Shown: in pieces, positions 1 through 9,201 of the stretch
Numbering within the stretch: position 1 is the stretch's first letter
Layout: the number at the start of each line of letters is the position of its first letter
Assembly (NCBI RefSeq): GCF_048585465.1
Contig: NZ_CP183996.1
Source of the DNA: Escherichia coli
Lineage (GTDB): Bacteria > Pseudomonadota > Gammaproteobacteria > Enterobacterales > Enterobacteriaceae
Direction: 5' to 3' (one strand)
Length of the DNA stretch: 32,000 bases
The notes under the pieces: generated by a model
The model's input: the letters and a program-made list of their open reading frames with translations, nothing else
The model's database searches: none
Told to the model about the DNA's origin: nothing
Translations under genes and position numbers: made by a program

Positions 1-472
1 CTTCCTCTCGTTTCCGCTCTCGTACTTGCTCCTGGTATTTGCCGTTATCCTCTGCCCACTTAGCCATGCGTTGCTGGTAGATTTCTTCATCGAAACCGAT
101 GTCCTCATCGTCCAGTTTTGGCATTCGCGGTGGTTGAGTGATTACCGGCTGCTGCTCGACGGGTTTCTGAGACTGACGCATCAGCTCTTTCAGCTCGCGG
201 TCTTTCTCTTTAATCGTCTTGCGCAAGTGTTTTACCAGTCCATGCTCAGCTCCATCTTCGCTGGTTGGCGAATCCAGCTTTTCGTCACCAAAGTAGAATT
301 CCTGTTCTGATTCGTCGTCATCAGTTTCAGTAGCTTCCTCTGCATCATTGCCGGAGGACTCACTGCCATCTGCTGTTTCGACTTCTTCAGCCAGTTCGAC
401 ATCATCAGGAATCTGCTCTGACGCGTCGGTTTCGATTTCAACTTCTGGTGTGTTTTCTGCCATCTGGTCCAT
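1..472 (-). CDS. Phage scaffolding protein, partial (C-terminus outside window)
   Basis: Open minus-strand frame MDQMAENTPEVEIETDASEQIPDDVELAEEVE..., highly acidic, directly upstream in head-gene order after the portal; runs off the left edge. Confidence 0.7.
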   Translation of the reverse strand, partial: MDQMAENTPEVEIETDASEQIPDDVELAEEVETADGSESSGNDAEEATETDDDESEQEFYFGDEKLDSPTSEDGAEHGLVKHLRKTIKEKDRELKELMRQSQKPVEQQPVITQPPRMPKLDDEDIGFDEEIYQQRMAKWAEDNGKYQEQVRERKREE

Positions 473-562
473 TTGTTACCCCTGTTTACTCGATGTTCAG
501 CCCATCGGAAGGCAATAGGGTGCCAGGCCTCATAAAGACAGCCATTGCACGTTATGGGTTAA

Positions 563-2761
563 TTACTGCTGTGGTTGTTGCTGAGTTGATTTTTGTAGGA
601 TGCTGCTGATGTCCATGCGCTGCGCATGACCCTGTGCCTGACTTTTCAGGACAAGCTCTGCATCAGCACGGGCATTGTCTCCTTGCTGTTGCTGGAACTG
701 TCCGAGCAGTTTCAGAGCCTCGCGGATATCAGATTTCTGCTGGCTATCGGCAGATGCGAGGATTTTCACAACATTTGCCGCTGCAACCTGAGCATCAGTC
801 TGTGCCTGGAATGCTTTAACCTGAATGGCTGCCTGTTCGTTCTGCGCTTTCTGCAATTCAGCCTGACCAGCAAGAAGCTGACCTTGCGCTGCAACCATAG
901 CCGGATCTGGCTGACTGGCCTGTTGTTGTTTCGCCTGCTCAACCATCTGCTGCTCTTCTGGCGTTCTCGGCTTGATAACTCCAGACAGAAGCAACTGATT
1001 GCGGTTGTATTCTTTAAGGTCATCCATCCCTTCGCCGTCCATATTGTCGAGAATCATCGACGATACAAGGTCGTGCTTCGGCGTTCCTGGTGGGATAAGT
1101 GCCAGCATGGAAAGTAACGACTTAACCGTTGCATCACGGCGAGTAGCGAACGACTGACCGACATCGACAGTCACTTCATAGTTACCCTGCGAAAGGTCGT
1201 TAAGCGCGATAACCTGGCCTGTCTGACGGTCAACCACTTCACCAGTCATCAGCGCCACGTCATCGCTTCCGTCCTCATTAACGATACGCATCGGCGTATC
1301 GCTGCCATAGACTTCACGAGCCATAGAAAGCCACACAACGCCAGCGCGACGCATGGATTTAGCCATGTTGTCCATGTAGATATAGGACTGCGTATCCATC
1401 CTGTTAAAGATGCTATCAACGGTATCGGTAGCAACGTTGCTCGGCATGTTCTCAAGCTGCGACGCGCCTGTAATTTGCTGAATAGCCGTTCCGGTGTACT
1501 GCAATAGCCCGGCAAGAGCAGGAGGCATTTGTGTCTGAGGTGTATAACTGCTGACCTGAGCCTGCGCAGTAATATCTCCGTTTTTGTTTTTCAGACTTAC
1601 CATCGGCAGGAACGCCGGGCGCTTTTTGTTGCGCTCCGCCCAATGAGTGGCGAGAGGACCAGGAATCATGTCAACATCAACTACAGGAATTCCATCACCG
1701 CCAGCCTGAGTAGCGTTATCTGCAATCATGGAAACCATCAGGTTCTCAAGACGCTGTGCATCCATCGCTTTTGCTGCGTGGCCTTCGATTCGCTCCTGAT
1801 TATCAACAAATGAGCGACGCCCATATACCGGGATGAGAGGAATATGTTCACCCGGAATACGCTTCGGTTCTTCCAGCCATTCAGCGCCAGACAGAAGACC
1901 GCAATAAACGCGGCGCTTCTTCACCGTTCGCTCGCCAATCAGTTCGAATGCACCATCGGTCAGCTCGTCGACAATATCTTTGATTTGCTCTTCATCATAG
2001 ATTGCCGTTTCTCCGCTAACAGGGTTGCGCCACGCCGTGAGCTTCACCTTCTCTATGCGAACTTCGTAGTAGCGTCCAACATAGATGGCATCGGGCGTTG
2101 ACCAGTCATATTGAGTGCCAGTGTCATCACGAGAAAGGCTTGCCGCGATGGAATCAGGGTATTCAGCCTCGAACGCTTTAGGCGTCATGGAGAACATCTC
2201 CATAGCCCACATAGCATCAGAGCGGTCATATTGCTTGCTGTCCTGATCGAAGAAGACGCATGTCGCTGGGTCGTAAACCGGGAGAAGGCTGATGCGGCGC
2301 TGCTCGTTACTCGGATCCATTTCATCTTCGTAATCGGCACACATGCGGAAACAACCGAATCCGCCCGTTACGGCATCATCAAATGCGTTATCACACGCTT
2401 CGCCACCGGATGTTTCCTGATAGTCAGCGCGGAATTTGCCGTTCATCTTTTCGGCTAACGCTTCCGATGCCTTGTCATCCTTCGGCCTGAATTTAACGCT
2501 GATGCGATTCTGTCGATACTCGCCAATGATGCGATCACATTCACGGGCAATCTTATTCAGTTCAAAGCGCGGGTAATGCTCAAACCTGCCTTCATCAAAT
2601 GAGTAACCAGCGTTTGTGCTGCCTTCCCACTGTGCGCCGGATACCCGGACGAAACGTTGAGCCTCAATAATCTGCTCACGCATATCCTGCGTTGCTGACC
2701 AGGCATTATCAAAGTTGCACAGCACCTTGCGATGCCAGTCAGTCATCTTTTTTTCTGCCAT
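563..2761 (-). CDS. Phage portal protein (P22/Sf6 type)
   Basis: 732 aa ORF, MAEKKMTDWHRKVLCNFDNAWSATQDMREQI..., next to the large terminase; portal-like length and Gln-rich C-terminus. Confidence 0.93.
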   Translation of the reverse strand: MAEKKMTDWHRKVLCNFDNAWSATQDMREQIIEAQRFVRVSGAQWEGSTNAGYSFDEGRFEHYPRFELNKIARECDRIIGEYRQNRISVKFRPKDDKASEALAEKMNGKFRADYQETSGGEACDNAFDDAVTGGFGCFRMCADYEDEMDPSNEQRRISLLPVYDPATCVFFDQDSKQYDRSDAMWAMEMFSMTPKAFEAEYPDSIAASLSRDDTGTQYDWSTPDAIYVGRYYEVRIEKVKLTAWRNPVSGETAIYDEEQIKDIVDELTDGAFELIGERTVKKRRVYCGLLSGAEWLEEPKRIPGEHIPLIPVYGRRSFVDNQERIEGHAAKAMDAQRLENLMVSMIADNATQAGGDGIPVVDVDMIPGPLATHWAERNKKRPAFLPMVSLKNKNGDITAQAQVSSYTPQTQMPPALAGLLQYTGTAIQQITGASQLENMPSNVATDTVDSIFNRMDTQSYIYMDNMAKSMRRAGVVWLSMAREVYGSDTPMRIVNEDGSDDVALMTGEVVDRQTGQVIALNDLSQGNYEVTVDVGQSFATRRDATVKSLLSMLALIPPGTPKHDLVSSMILDNMDGEGMDDLKEYNRNQLLLSGVIKPRTPEEQQMVEQAKQQQASQPDPAMVAAQGQLLAGQAELQKAQNEQAAIQVKAFQAQTDAQVAAANVVKILASADSQQKSDIREALKLLGQFQQQQGDNARADAELVLKSQAQGHAQRMDISSILQKSTQQQPQQ

Positions 2762-2762
2762 A

Positions 2763-4178
2763 TCAACCTACACCACAAGGAATTGAGTAACTGGAATAGT
2801 CGGGTTGCGCAGCCGACTCCGGGCAATGCATACACATCATCAGCGCATCAGCCAGGTTAGGAGATGGAATACCGAGCTTCTGCTTCATTTCGACCTTAGT
2901 CATAAGCTCCAGCTTCCCGTTATTATTGAATTTGCGCTGAATCTGCGTCAGTTCTGCAAACAGCTTCTCCAGCATCTTCTCGCCTATCGCTTCTTTGTCG
3001 AAACTCAGCATGTCGTCGGGGTCTGCATACTCACCGTGGACAACCGCCCGATATGTCAGATACAGCCTGTCAGCCAGCGCGTAATAGAATTGCGCTCGCT
3101 TATTGCGGAACACATCGCCAATAGTGCGAACGTTGTCGCCCTGTACGACTTCATCAGCCCATGCTCCGGCCTGATATGGTGCATCTTCATCGAATGGCGA
3201 TTCACTGCCCTTGAACATCGTGGCGGTGATTTTCTTACCGGAGAACGCTTCCGTTGTCTGTCTGCGTAGCCCCGCACCGACGCCATCACCATCCCACAGG
3301 TAATGGTCAGCGCCGTCTTCAATCGCCAGCGAAGTAGCCCAGTCAGCGCCATCGTTGATGTCCATCAGCAGACCTTCGGCAATGCGCTTAACAACCGAAC
3401 CGTGACGCGATGCATAACCTTTAGCATCTGGCCCTGTATCTGATGGGTCATGCGCAGAGACAACAGCGCCTTTCGCTTTCCATCCGAGTTTCTTGTGCGC
3501 ATCGGTTGCGGCTTCAAGCCATTCACGTTTGATGATTGCCATATCACTTGCGCTTACTGGCTCACCAAGCCAGATGTGACGATACAGTGTCGGGTTTCTG
3601 CGTTTACACTCTTCCATCTCCAGACGGAGAACTTCAGGAAAATGCGGGTTGTCGGTGTAGTTCACCGTCAGCAGGCAAATATCATCGGGAGGATTTACGA
3701 CGAATCGCTGATAGGTATCGTCGAGGATGTTCTTAGGGTTAAAGCTCACCCATATTTCGGAAAACGGCTTGCGGATGGTTGGTATCAGGATATCCCATGA
3801 TTCCTTCGTTACCGCTTCCGCTTCCTCCACCCAGCAGATATCAATACCTTCTAACGATTTAATCTTCGTCGGGTTGTTTTTGATGCCGTAGAACATGAAC
3901 TCAGCATTCGTTCCGAGATGACGAATCATGGAACGCTGAATTTCAAACTCAGCCGAATACCCTTCACGCTCGATGGTATCTTCAAGCAACCGGATTACCG
4001 AATCGCTGATACTGTTTTGCAGTTCACGAGCGCAGAGAATACGCACAGGCTGCCGACGTGCCGCCTCAACAAGCAGCCTCGCAATTGCCCATGATTTACC
4101 GCTACCTCGACCGCCTTTGGCGACTTTGTAGCGATGCGCCTCAATGAACGGTTCAAAGATAGGATTAATCGAGGTCAT
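2763..4178 (-). CDS. Terminase large subunit (Sf6 gp2-like)
   Basis: 471 aa; Walker-A-like KGGRGSGKSWA, Walker-B-like ICWVEEAE, and a nuclease-like C-terminal half. Confidence 0.95.
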   Translation of the reverse strand: MTSINPIFEPFIEAHRYKVAKGGRGSGKSWAIARLLVEAARRQPVRILCARELQNSISDSVIRLLEDTIEREGYSAEFEIQRSMIRHLGTNAEFMFYGIKNNPTKIKSLEGIDICWVEEAEAVTKESWDILIPTIRKPFSEIWVSFNPKNILDDTYQRFVVNPPDDICLLTVNYTDNPHFPEVLRLEMEECKRRNPTLYRHIWLGEPVSASDMAIIKREWLEAATDAHKKLGWKAKGAVVSAHDPSDTGPDAKGYASRHGSVVKRIAEGLLMDINDGADWATSLAIEDGADHYLWDGDGVGAGLRRQTTEAFSGKKITATMFKGSESPFDEDAPYQAGAWADEVVQGDNVRTIGDVFRNKRAQFYYALADRLYLTYRAVVHGEYADPDDMLSFDKEAIGEKMLEKLFAELTQIQRKFNNNGKLELMTKVEMKQKLGIPSPNLADALMMCMHCPESAAQPDYSSYSIPCGVG

Positions 4179-4615
4179 TTTCCGAATAGAGTGCTCATCG
4201 GTGATGTTTCAATCTGGATTGCGCCGCCGTCTTTGCCTGTTAGTTCGTGATCAACCTTGTCGCGCCATTTATCCTTCTGTCGGTTCTTAAGCCAGAAGAT
4301 GGCGGCCGTTGTATCAGGCGGGTAATACTTCTCAAGCGGAGTTTCGACAATTCTGTTTTCAATAACACGAATATCGATGTCTGGAGCCACGAAGCCCATA
4401 GCGCGTTGATAAAGACGATCACTAACTTCTGCATCAGCGACGGCCTTACCCTTTTTTATGGACTCCGAAAACTCAGGATAATCAAGCTTCCACTTGTTAA
4501 TAGTTGACTCACTGACTTCGAAGAAATCAGCAAGCTCTGCATCGGTGTAGCCCAGCAAGCACAGTTTGCGTGCCTGTTCGGCGTACGCCTCTTGATACTT
4601 TGTTGGGCGCGCCAT
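4175..4615 (-). CDS. Terminase small subunit
   Basis: 146 aa, N-terminal HTH (YTDAELADFFEVSESTINKWKLDYPEF), 4-bp overlap with the large subunit. Confidence 0.85.
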   Translation of the reverse strand: MARPTKYQEAYAEQARKLCLLGYTDAELADFFEVSESTINKWKLDYPEFSESIKKGKAVADAEVSDRLYQRAMGFVAPDIDIRVIENRIVETPLEKYYPPDTTAAIFWLKNRQKDKWRDKVDHELTGKDGGAIQIETSPMSTLFGK

Positions 4616-4617
4616 GT

Positions 4618-4860
4618 TTATGCTCCGGTAGTGAACAGGTCTAACGCTTCCTTCGATTTACGCACTGCTTCGAATGTGCGGATCGTGATATCCGAATTAG
4701 CGCCGCCTGACTGGAAGTGAATTTTGAATAGCTCAAGCTTCAGTTCGTCAGTGCCAATGAACTGAAATGCTTCCTCTGCGGCTGCGTTCTGGTTCATGAC
4801 CAGTTTGTAAATCTCTAGCTGGAATTTCTGTTCTTCAGTCATGGGAATAATCTCTGCCAT
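4618..4860 (-). CDS. Small phage protein, DUF2560-like
   Basis: 80 aa MAEIIPMTEEQKFQLEIYKLVMNQNAAAEEAFQFI; position before terminase typical for this family. Confidence 0.6.
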   Translation of the reverse strand: MAEIIPMTEEQKFQLEIYKLVMNQNAAAEEAFQFIGTDELKLELFKIHFQSGGANSDITIRTFEAVRKSKEALDLFTTGA

Positions 4861-4963
4861 TGTTGGCTCCGTTTATCCGTTAAAAGGGATATCAGTTAAG
4901 TTATCCCGTGTAGGGTATAAGCCATTATCAAAGCCATTCTGTAGGGAATGGCTTTTGTAATAA

Positions 4964-5320
4964 CTACTGTTCGCTTAGCTTCTGCTTCAGCAAGTAACCT
5001 TCGAGCATCCAGATTTTGTTTACAGCATTCTGCCGGGCAATCTTCCGACCAATTTCTGCATCAAAGTTTTCCGGGCTTGCACAGGCACTCTCTCCGGTGA
5101 CGGTGAAGCCATTCTTCAGCACCAGTACGCAGAAAGTCAGGAGGTCTGTAGATTTATGCGCTGTCCATGAATCGCCAACGCCCATATTGGCAGCACGAAT
5201 GCCGTCATAAGCAGTAAAGAAATGCTCTTCAAGAATGATGCTTTCGATATATTGAGGCGTAACTCGCGGAGCGGTTTTTCCTTTCTCAACGATTTCTTTT
5301 TCGATTTGCTGGTCGTTCAT
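4964..5320 (-). CDS. Phage Gp49-like family protein
   Basis: 118 aa, RVTPQYIESIILEEHFFTAYDG...LTFCVLVLKNGFTVTGESACASPENFDAEIGRKIA, resembles the Gp49/66 family. Confidence 0.7.
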   Translation of the reverse strand: MNDQQIEKEIVEKGKTAPRVTPQYIESIILEEHFFTAYDGIRAANMGVGDSWTAHKSTDLLTFCVLVLKNGFTVTGESACASPENFDAEIGRKIARQNAVNKIWMLEGYLLKQKLSEQ

Positions 5321-5507
5321 AATTATGACCCTGTGGAGTGGTTGCTTGATTAGGATGTCTTTCCATCAGTCCGCCACCACAAAGAATCTTTTTTGCCATA
5401 AGGCAGGAGGTTCATCTTTCAGTGGCTGCTAGTGTTATTTCCCCACTTACTGGCTTGGGTTGCTTCGTGGTACTGCCGTAATGCAAAAACTGGATTAACC
5501 TGCGAAA

Positions 5508-6038
5508 TCACACCATTCCGGGCAAATACATTTGCACTTCATTTGCCGCTCTCTCACGTGCAACATGAAGCAATCTTTTTCGCCCACCAACGCCCCACTT
5601 AGCCATTTGGCTTGCGCACTGGCTTATCGCTTTGGTTTCAGTATTGATGATGTGATCGATTCTATTCAGACGGGACATTGCGCCAACGCCGAGACGGACG
5701 ACCGTTTTGAAAACTTCATAAACTTCGATTTCAAATTCCGGCTTAATCCATGCTGCATATCTGATTGCCAGAAGTTCAACACCCCACACACCTGGTTCTG
5801 CACCACCTTTGATTATTTTAAGTGGTTGAATTTGTTCCAAAGTGCTTTTTTGCACTTTGGCCTCCAGTGCTTTTATGAAGCGTTTTATCTGCGCGCTACG
5901 CAAAAACTGGCTTGGGCGCTGTTGCTCTGTAGCCTCTCCATTTGCAACTGCTGCTGCATGGAGATCGTTTAAGTTGTAGCGTCCATCCTCATCAACACGA
6001 ACGGACACACCATTGACAATAACTGTTGGGTACTTCAT
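5508..6038 (-). CDS. KilA-N domain-containing protein
   Basis: 176 aa; MKYPTVIVNGVSVRVDEDGRYNLNDLHAAAV...RPSQFLRSAQIKRFI...GVWGVELLAIRYAAWIKPEFEIEVYEVF is a KilA-N signature. Confidence 0.85.
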   Translation of the reverse strand: MKYPTVIVNGVSVRVDEDGRYNLNDLHAAAVANGEATEQQRPSQFLRSAQIKRFIKALEAKVQKSTLEQIQPLKIIKGGAEPGVWGVELLAIRYAAWIKPEFEIEVYEVFKTVVRLGVGAMSRLNRIDHIINTETKAISQCASQMAKWGVGGRKRLLHVARERAANEVQMYLPGMV

Positions 6039-6185
6039 CAGTGATTACCTTTTAGTGATGAACCTTGTCACACAGGATTCCGGCCCACAGAAAGGCACCG
6101 ATAACCAAACCGGCATCCTCAAGGGTCATCCTGAAAGGTTCTGTGTTCAAAAGTCGCGCGTGTGAAGCGCGTTTGTTGCAGATAT

Positions 6186-6212
6186 AAAAAAGCCCCGCGA
6201 ATGCGAGGCTAA
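6186..6212 (-). terminator. Intrinsic terminator downstream of lysis cassette
   Basis: Minus strand TAGCCTCGCATTCGCGGGGCTTTTTT: GC stem followed by a U-run. Confidence 0.75.
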
Positions 6213-6243
6213 ATCCTGGTGTTTGTGATGACTGGCTCTTATC

Positions 6244-6387
6244 TCAACGCAGCCCCTTACCGCGCGCCAGATGCTCAATATCAAGCATCAGCAATGAGAT
6301 GTTTAATCTGGATTTACTCCAGAAGTGATCACCACCCTGTCTACAGAGCCAGATGTGAAGGATGATGAGTAGAATTATCGCTATCAT
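6244..6387 (-). CDS. Small putative membrane protein distal to Rz
   Basis: 47 aa [47 protein letters not shown]; hydrophobic N-terminus, starts overlapping the 3' end of Rz, ends before the terminator. Below the ORF-track length cutoff. Confidence 0.5.
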   Translation of the reverse strand: MIAIILLIILHIWLCRQGGDHFWSKSRLNISLLMLDIEHLARGKGLR

Positions 6388-6851
6388 CGAAGGCATTGCG
6401 TCCTGATGTATTCCTGAAGAGTTCTCAGTGCTGTTTGGTCGCGGATAATTCCGTCCCGGACACCGAGAACGTTTCGTCCAGCAACTGGAGAGAGTTCGAC
6501 GGTGGCATCATTGCCCATGCCGGAGGCGACGGAGGTTTCGGCTGAGGATGGCACAGGGCATTTTCCTTTGACGAGCACCCTGCCACCATTATCAAGCTTG
6601 CGACGAAGAGCATCATTTTCAGCTTTCGCATCAGCTAACTCCTTCGTGTATTTAGCATCGAGTACATCAGCAGCACGCTGGCGTTGCTGCATGTCAGTAA
6701 TAGTGGCGGTCGCCTGCTTCAGCTCACTGACTTTTTTATCACGCTGTTCTTTATAGGCGATGGCGTTATCACGGTAATGATTAACAGCCCATGACAGGCA
6801 GACGATGATGCAGATAACCAGAGCGGAGATAATCGCGGTGACTCTGCTCAT
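6384..6851 (-). CDS. Rz: Rz i-spanin
   Basis: 155 aa with N-terminal TM segment and charged helical region, contains Rz1 in another frame, follows endolysin. Confidence 0.9.
   Translation of the reverse strand: MSRVTAIISALVICIIVCLSWAVNHYRDNAIAYKEQRDKKVSELKQATATITDMQQRQRAADVLDAKYTKELADAKAENDALRRKLDNGGRVLVKGKCPVPSSAETSVASGMGNDATVELSPVAGRNVLGVRDGIIRDQTALRTLQEYIRTQCLR
6425..6631 (-). CDS. Rz1: Rz1 o-spanin lipoprotein nested in Rz
   Basis: 68 aa with lipobox MVAGCSS and Pro-rich [28 protein letters not shown]. Confidence 0.9.
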   Translation of the reverse strand: MRKLKMMLFVASLIMVAGCSSKENALCHPQPKPPSPPAWAMMPPSNSLQLLDETFSVSGTELSATKQH

Positions 6852-7324
6852 ACCTCAATCTCTCTGACCGTTCCGCCAGCCTCTTTGAATTTTGCAATCA
6901 GGTTGTCAGCCTTATGCTCGAACTGACCATAACCAGCGCCCGGCAGTGAAGCCCAGATATTGCTGCAACGGTCGATTGCCTGACGAATATCACCGCGGTC
7001 AATCATCGGTAAAGCGCCACGCTCTTTAATCTGCTGCAATGCCACAGCGTCCTGGCTTTTCGGAGAGAAGTCTTTCAGGCCAAGCTGCTTACGATAGGCA
7101 TCCCACCAACGGGAAAGAAGCTGGTAACGTCCGGCTGCTGTTGATTTGAGTTTGGGGTTTAGCGTGACAAGTTTGCGAGGGTGATCGGAGTAATCAGTGA
7201 ATAGCTCTCCGCCAACAATGACGTCATAACCATGATTTCTGGTTTTCTGACGTCCGTTATCAGTTCCCTCTGACCACGCCAGCATATCGAGGAACGCCTT
7301 ACGTTGATTATTGATTTCCACCAT
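6848..7324 (-). CDS. Endolysin (lambda R-like lytic transglycosylase)
   Basis: 158 aa; [12 protein letters not shown]...[22 protein letters not shown]...[12 protein letters not shown] matches the lambda R family. Confidence 0.93.
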   Translation of the reverse strand: MVEINNQRKAFLDMLAWSEGTDNGRQKTRNHGYDVIVGGELFTDYSDHPRKLVTLNPKLKSTAAGRYQLLSRWWDAYRKQLGLKDFSPKSQDAVALQQIKERGALPMIDRGDIRQAIDRCSNIWASLPGAGYGQFEHKADNLIAKFKEAGGTVREIEV

Positions 7325-7631
7325 CTTCTACTCCGGCTTTTTTAGCAGCGAAGCGTTTGATAAGCGAACCAATCGAGTCAGTACCGATGTAGCCGATGAA
7401 CACGCTCGTTATATAAGCGAGATTGCTACTTAGTCCGGCGAAGTCGAGAAGGTCACGAATGAACCAGGCGATAATGGCGCACATCGTTGCGTCGATTACT
7501 GTTTTTGTAAACGCACCGCCATTATATCTGCCGCGAAGGTACGCCATTGCAAACGCAAGGATTGCCCCGATGCCTTGTTCCTTTGCCGCGAGAATGGCAG
7601 CTAACAGGTCATGTTTTTCTGGCATCTTCAT
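7308..7631 (-). CDS. Holin (lambda family)
   Basis: 107 aa; [37 protein letters not shown], several TM segments, overlaps endolysin. Confidence 0.88.
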   Translation of the reverse strand: MKMPEKHDLLAAILAAKEQGIGAILAFAMAYLRGRYNGGAFTKTVIDATMCAIIAWFIRDLLDFAGLSSNLAYITSVFIGYIGTDSIGSLIKRFAAKKAGVEDGGNQ

Positions 7632-7875
7632 GTCTTACCCCCAATAAGGGGATTTGCTCTATTTAATTAGGAATAAGGTCGATTACTGATAGAACAAATC
7701 CAGGCTACTGTGTTTAGTAATCAGATTTGTTCGTGACCGATATGCACGGGCAAAACGGCAGGAGGTTGTTAGCGCAGCCTCTTGCCACCCGCTTTCACGA
7801 AGGTCATGCGTAGAATGCCGCAGCGTAACTATCACTGATGAATTCAGGATAGCCAGTGGCTACGGCTCAGTTTGG

Positions 7876-7945
7876 GTTGTGGCGGCCGGAATCGAACCGG
7901 CTTCCATCGGTGCGCTGCCGATTGCAGTACGCGCGGCGGTCAGCT
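7876..7945 (-). other. tRNA-like 3' arm / possible tRNA remnant in late leader
   Basis: Minus strand GCCGGTTCGATTCCGGC forms a perfect 5-bp T-stem with canonical TTCGATT loop, followed by CGCCAC; no matching 5' acceptor strand found. Confidence 0.4.
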
Positions 7946-8081
7946 ACATGACTAGTATTTTCACTGTCGCCTATCTGCTAGCTCGCCATTGAGCTTCACC
8001 ACAACGATAAGAGCACTGCGCGGCACCTTTCACCAATTCCGCGAGGTCTGCGGGTTCAATGCTCTTACCTGTTGTGCAAAC

Positions 8082-8119
8082 AAAAAAAGCCACCGTTGCA
8101 ACTTAAGAGTCACTAACGG
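8082..8119 (-). terminator. Putative tR'-like intrinsic terminator after the late promoter
   Basis: Minus strand GCCGTTAGTGACTCTTAAGTTGCAACGGTGGCTTTTTT: CCGTT/AACGG stem with a U-run, just downstream of TTGACA (8156..8161 complement). Confidence 0.5.
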
Positions 8120-8168
8120 CAGCTTATGCGAATAGTGTTGCTCATTTGCTCAATGATGTCAACACGTT

Positions 8169-8657
8169 CTATGCTACATGTTTAATTTTCTCTACACGTT
8201 TCCGGTTTTTAAACGCACTATCCAGAACCGGGTAAATCATAAACAACGAGGCATTGAGGATTTCGTCAACTTCCCGTCGACAGGTTGCGAGCGATGGTTT
8301 TTGAATGCGCCCGCCGCCCCGGCATAACATCTTGCGAGGTCTTGCGACGCGATGATAGTAAGATGCAATGGCGTGCTTGGAAGAGCCGTGGGCGTAGTAG
8401 CTGAGGAGGATGCCAAAGGCTTTCTTGTCAATGTACATGACGGAATCGACGACCTGAGAAATCAACATTCCATCATCATCATTACACATTGGCCTTATCA
8501 TAACTCTTCCCGGCTCTACGCTCTCCATGAACTTAGCTATTACGCTGCTCATGCGCTTTTCCAGACGACCTGAATAAACCCATGCGCCCCACAGTTCAAG
8601 CCAGCCATTCAGCCACTCGTGCTGTTCTTTGGTGAGGTTTAGTTCTCTTATGCTCAT
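8169..8657 (-). CDS. Q: Antiterminator Q-like protein
   Basis: 162 aa; MSIRELNLTKEQHEWLNGWLELWGAWVYSGRLEKRMSSVIAKFM; typical location between nin and lysis genes. Confidence 0.88.
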   Translation of the reverse strand: MSIRELNLTKEQHEWLNGWLELWGAWVYSGRLEKRMSSVIAKFMESVEPGRVMIRPMCNDDDGMLISQVVDSVMYIDKKAFGILLSYYAHGSSKHAIASYYHRVARPRKMLCRGGGRIQKPSLATCRREVDEILNASLFMIYPVLDSAFKNRKRVEKIKHVA

Positions 8658-8842
8658 CGCCTTCCCCTCTTGCCCTGTTTGACCATCAGGACGCCGTTAA
8701 CTATTACGTGACGCTCGCCTTTGCTGTCTCGGTTGTACTTGAGCACTGTTCCTCTTGCGCAGGAAAGCATCCTTGCCACTTCGGTCTGATTGCCTCGTGT
8801 CTGGATAAGAAGCTCTGGTATCGTTTGAATTGTGGCGTTCAT
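8654..8842 (-). CDS. ninH: NinH
   Basis: 62 aa; TIPELLIQTRGNQTEVARMLSCARGTVLKYNRD...HVIVNGVLMVKQGKRG resembles lambda NinH. Confidence 0.88.
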   Translation of the reverse strand: MNATIQTIPELLIQTRGNQTEVARMLSCARGTVLKYNRDSKGERHVIVNGVLMVKQGKRGRR

Positions 8843-9201
8843 GCGTTCTCCAGTTCGGTGATTTTTATTCCAAGCCTTCCGCCTGGTACTTTCACGCCAC
8901 GAATTACGCGAATGTCATCGAATTGCTCGTCGTCTTCCGCAAATCCGGCGTGGATAAGGGAGTCGAGTAAACCTTTCAGGATGTTGTCGAGGTCGCGACG
9001 GCGGGAGTCCGGAACGTCTGCGATGACTTTGATACGGAGTCGTGATTTGGTGAAAATGTCTAACTTGAGTTGGCGGATGATTTGCTGAACGTCTTTTCGG
9101 TATTTCTGGCCTTTGTCGCTTATGTAATATTGGCTTCCCCGTCTTCGCCAGTAGGTATTCAGCGACGGTGGGTACGGAAGTGTGAATCTGTATTCTGCCA
9201 T
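8839..9201 (-). CDS. rusA: RusA-family Holliday junction resolvase
   Basis: 120 aa; PYPPSLNTYWRRRGSQYYISDKGQKYRKDV...DSRRRDLDNILKGLLDSLIHAGFAEDDEQFDDI. Confidence 0.93.
   Translation of the reverse strand: MAEYRFTLPYPPSLNTYWRRRGSQYYISDKGQKYRKDVQQIIRQLKLDIFTKSRLRIKVIADVPDSRRRDLDNILKGLLDSLIHAGFAEDDEQFDDIRVIRGVKVPGGRLGIKITELENA

Noticed and set aside
626-2458. Plus-strand ORFs opposite the portal gene (626..1117, 1529..1813, 2111..2458).
   Set aside because: Fully antisense to a strongly supported structural gene, with no family resemblance.
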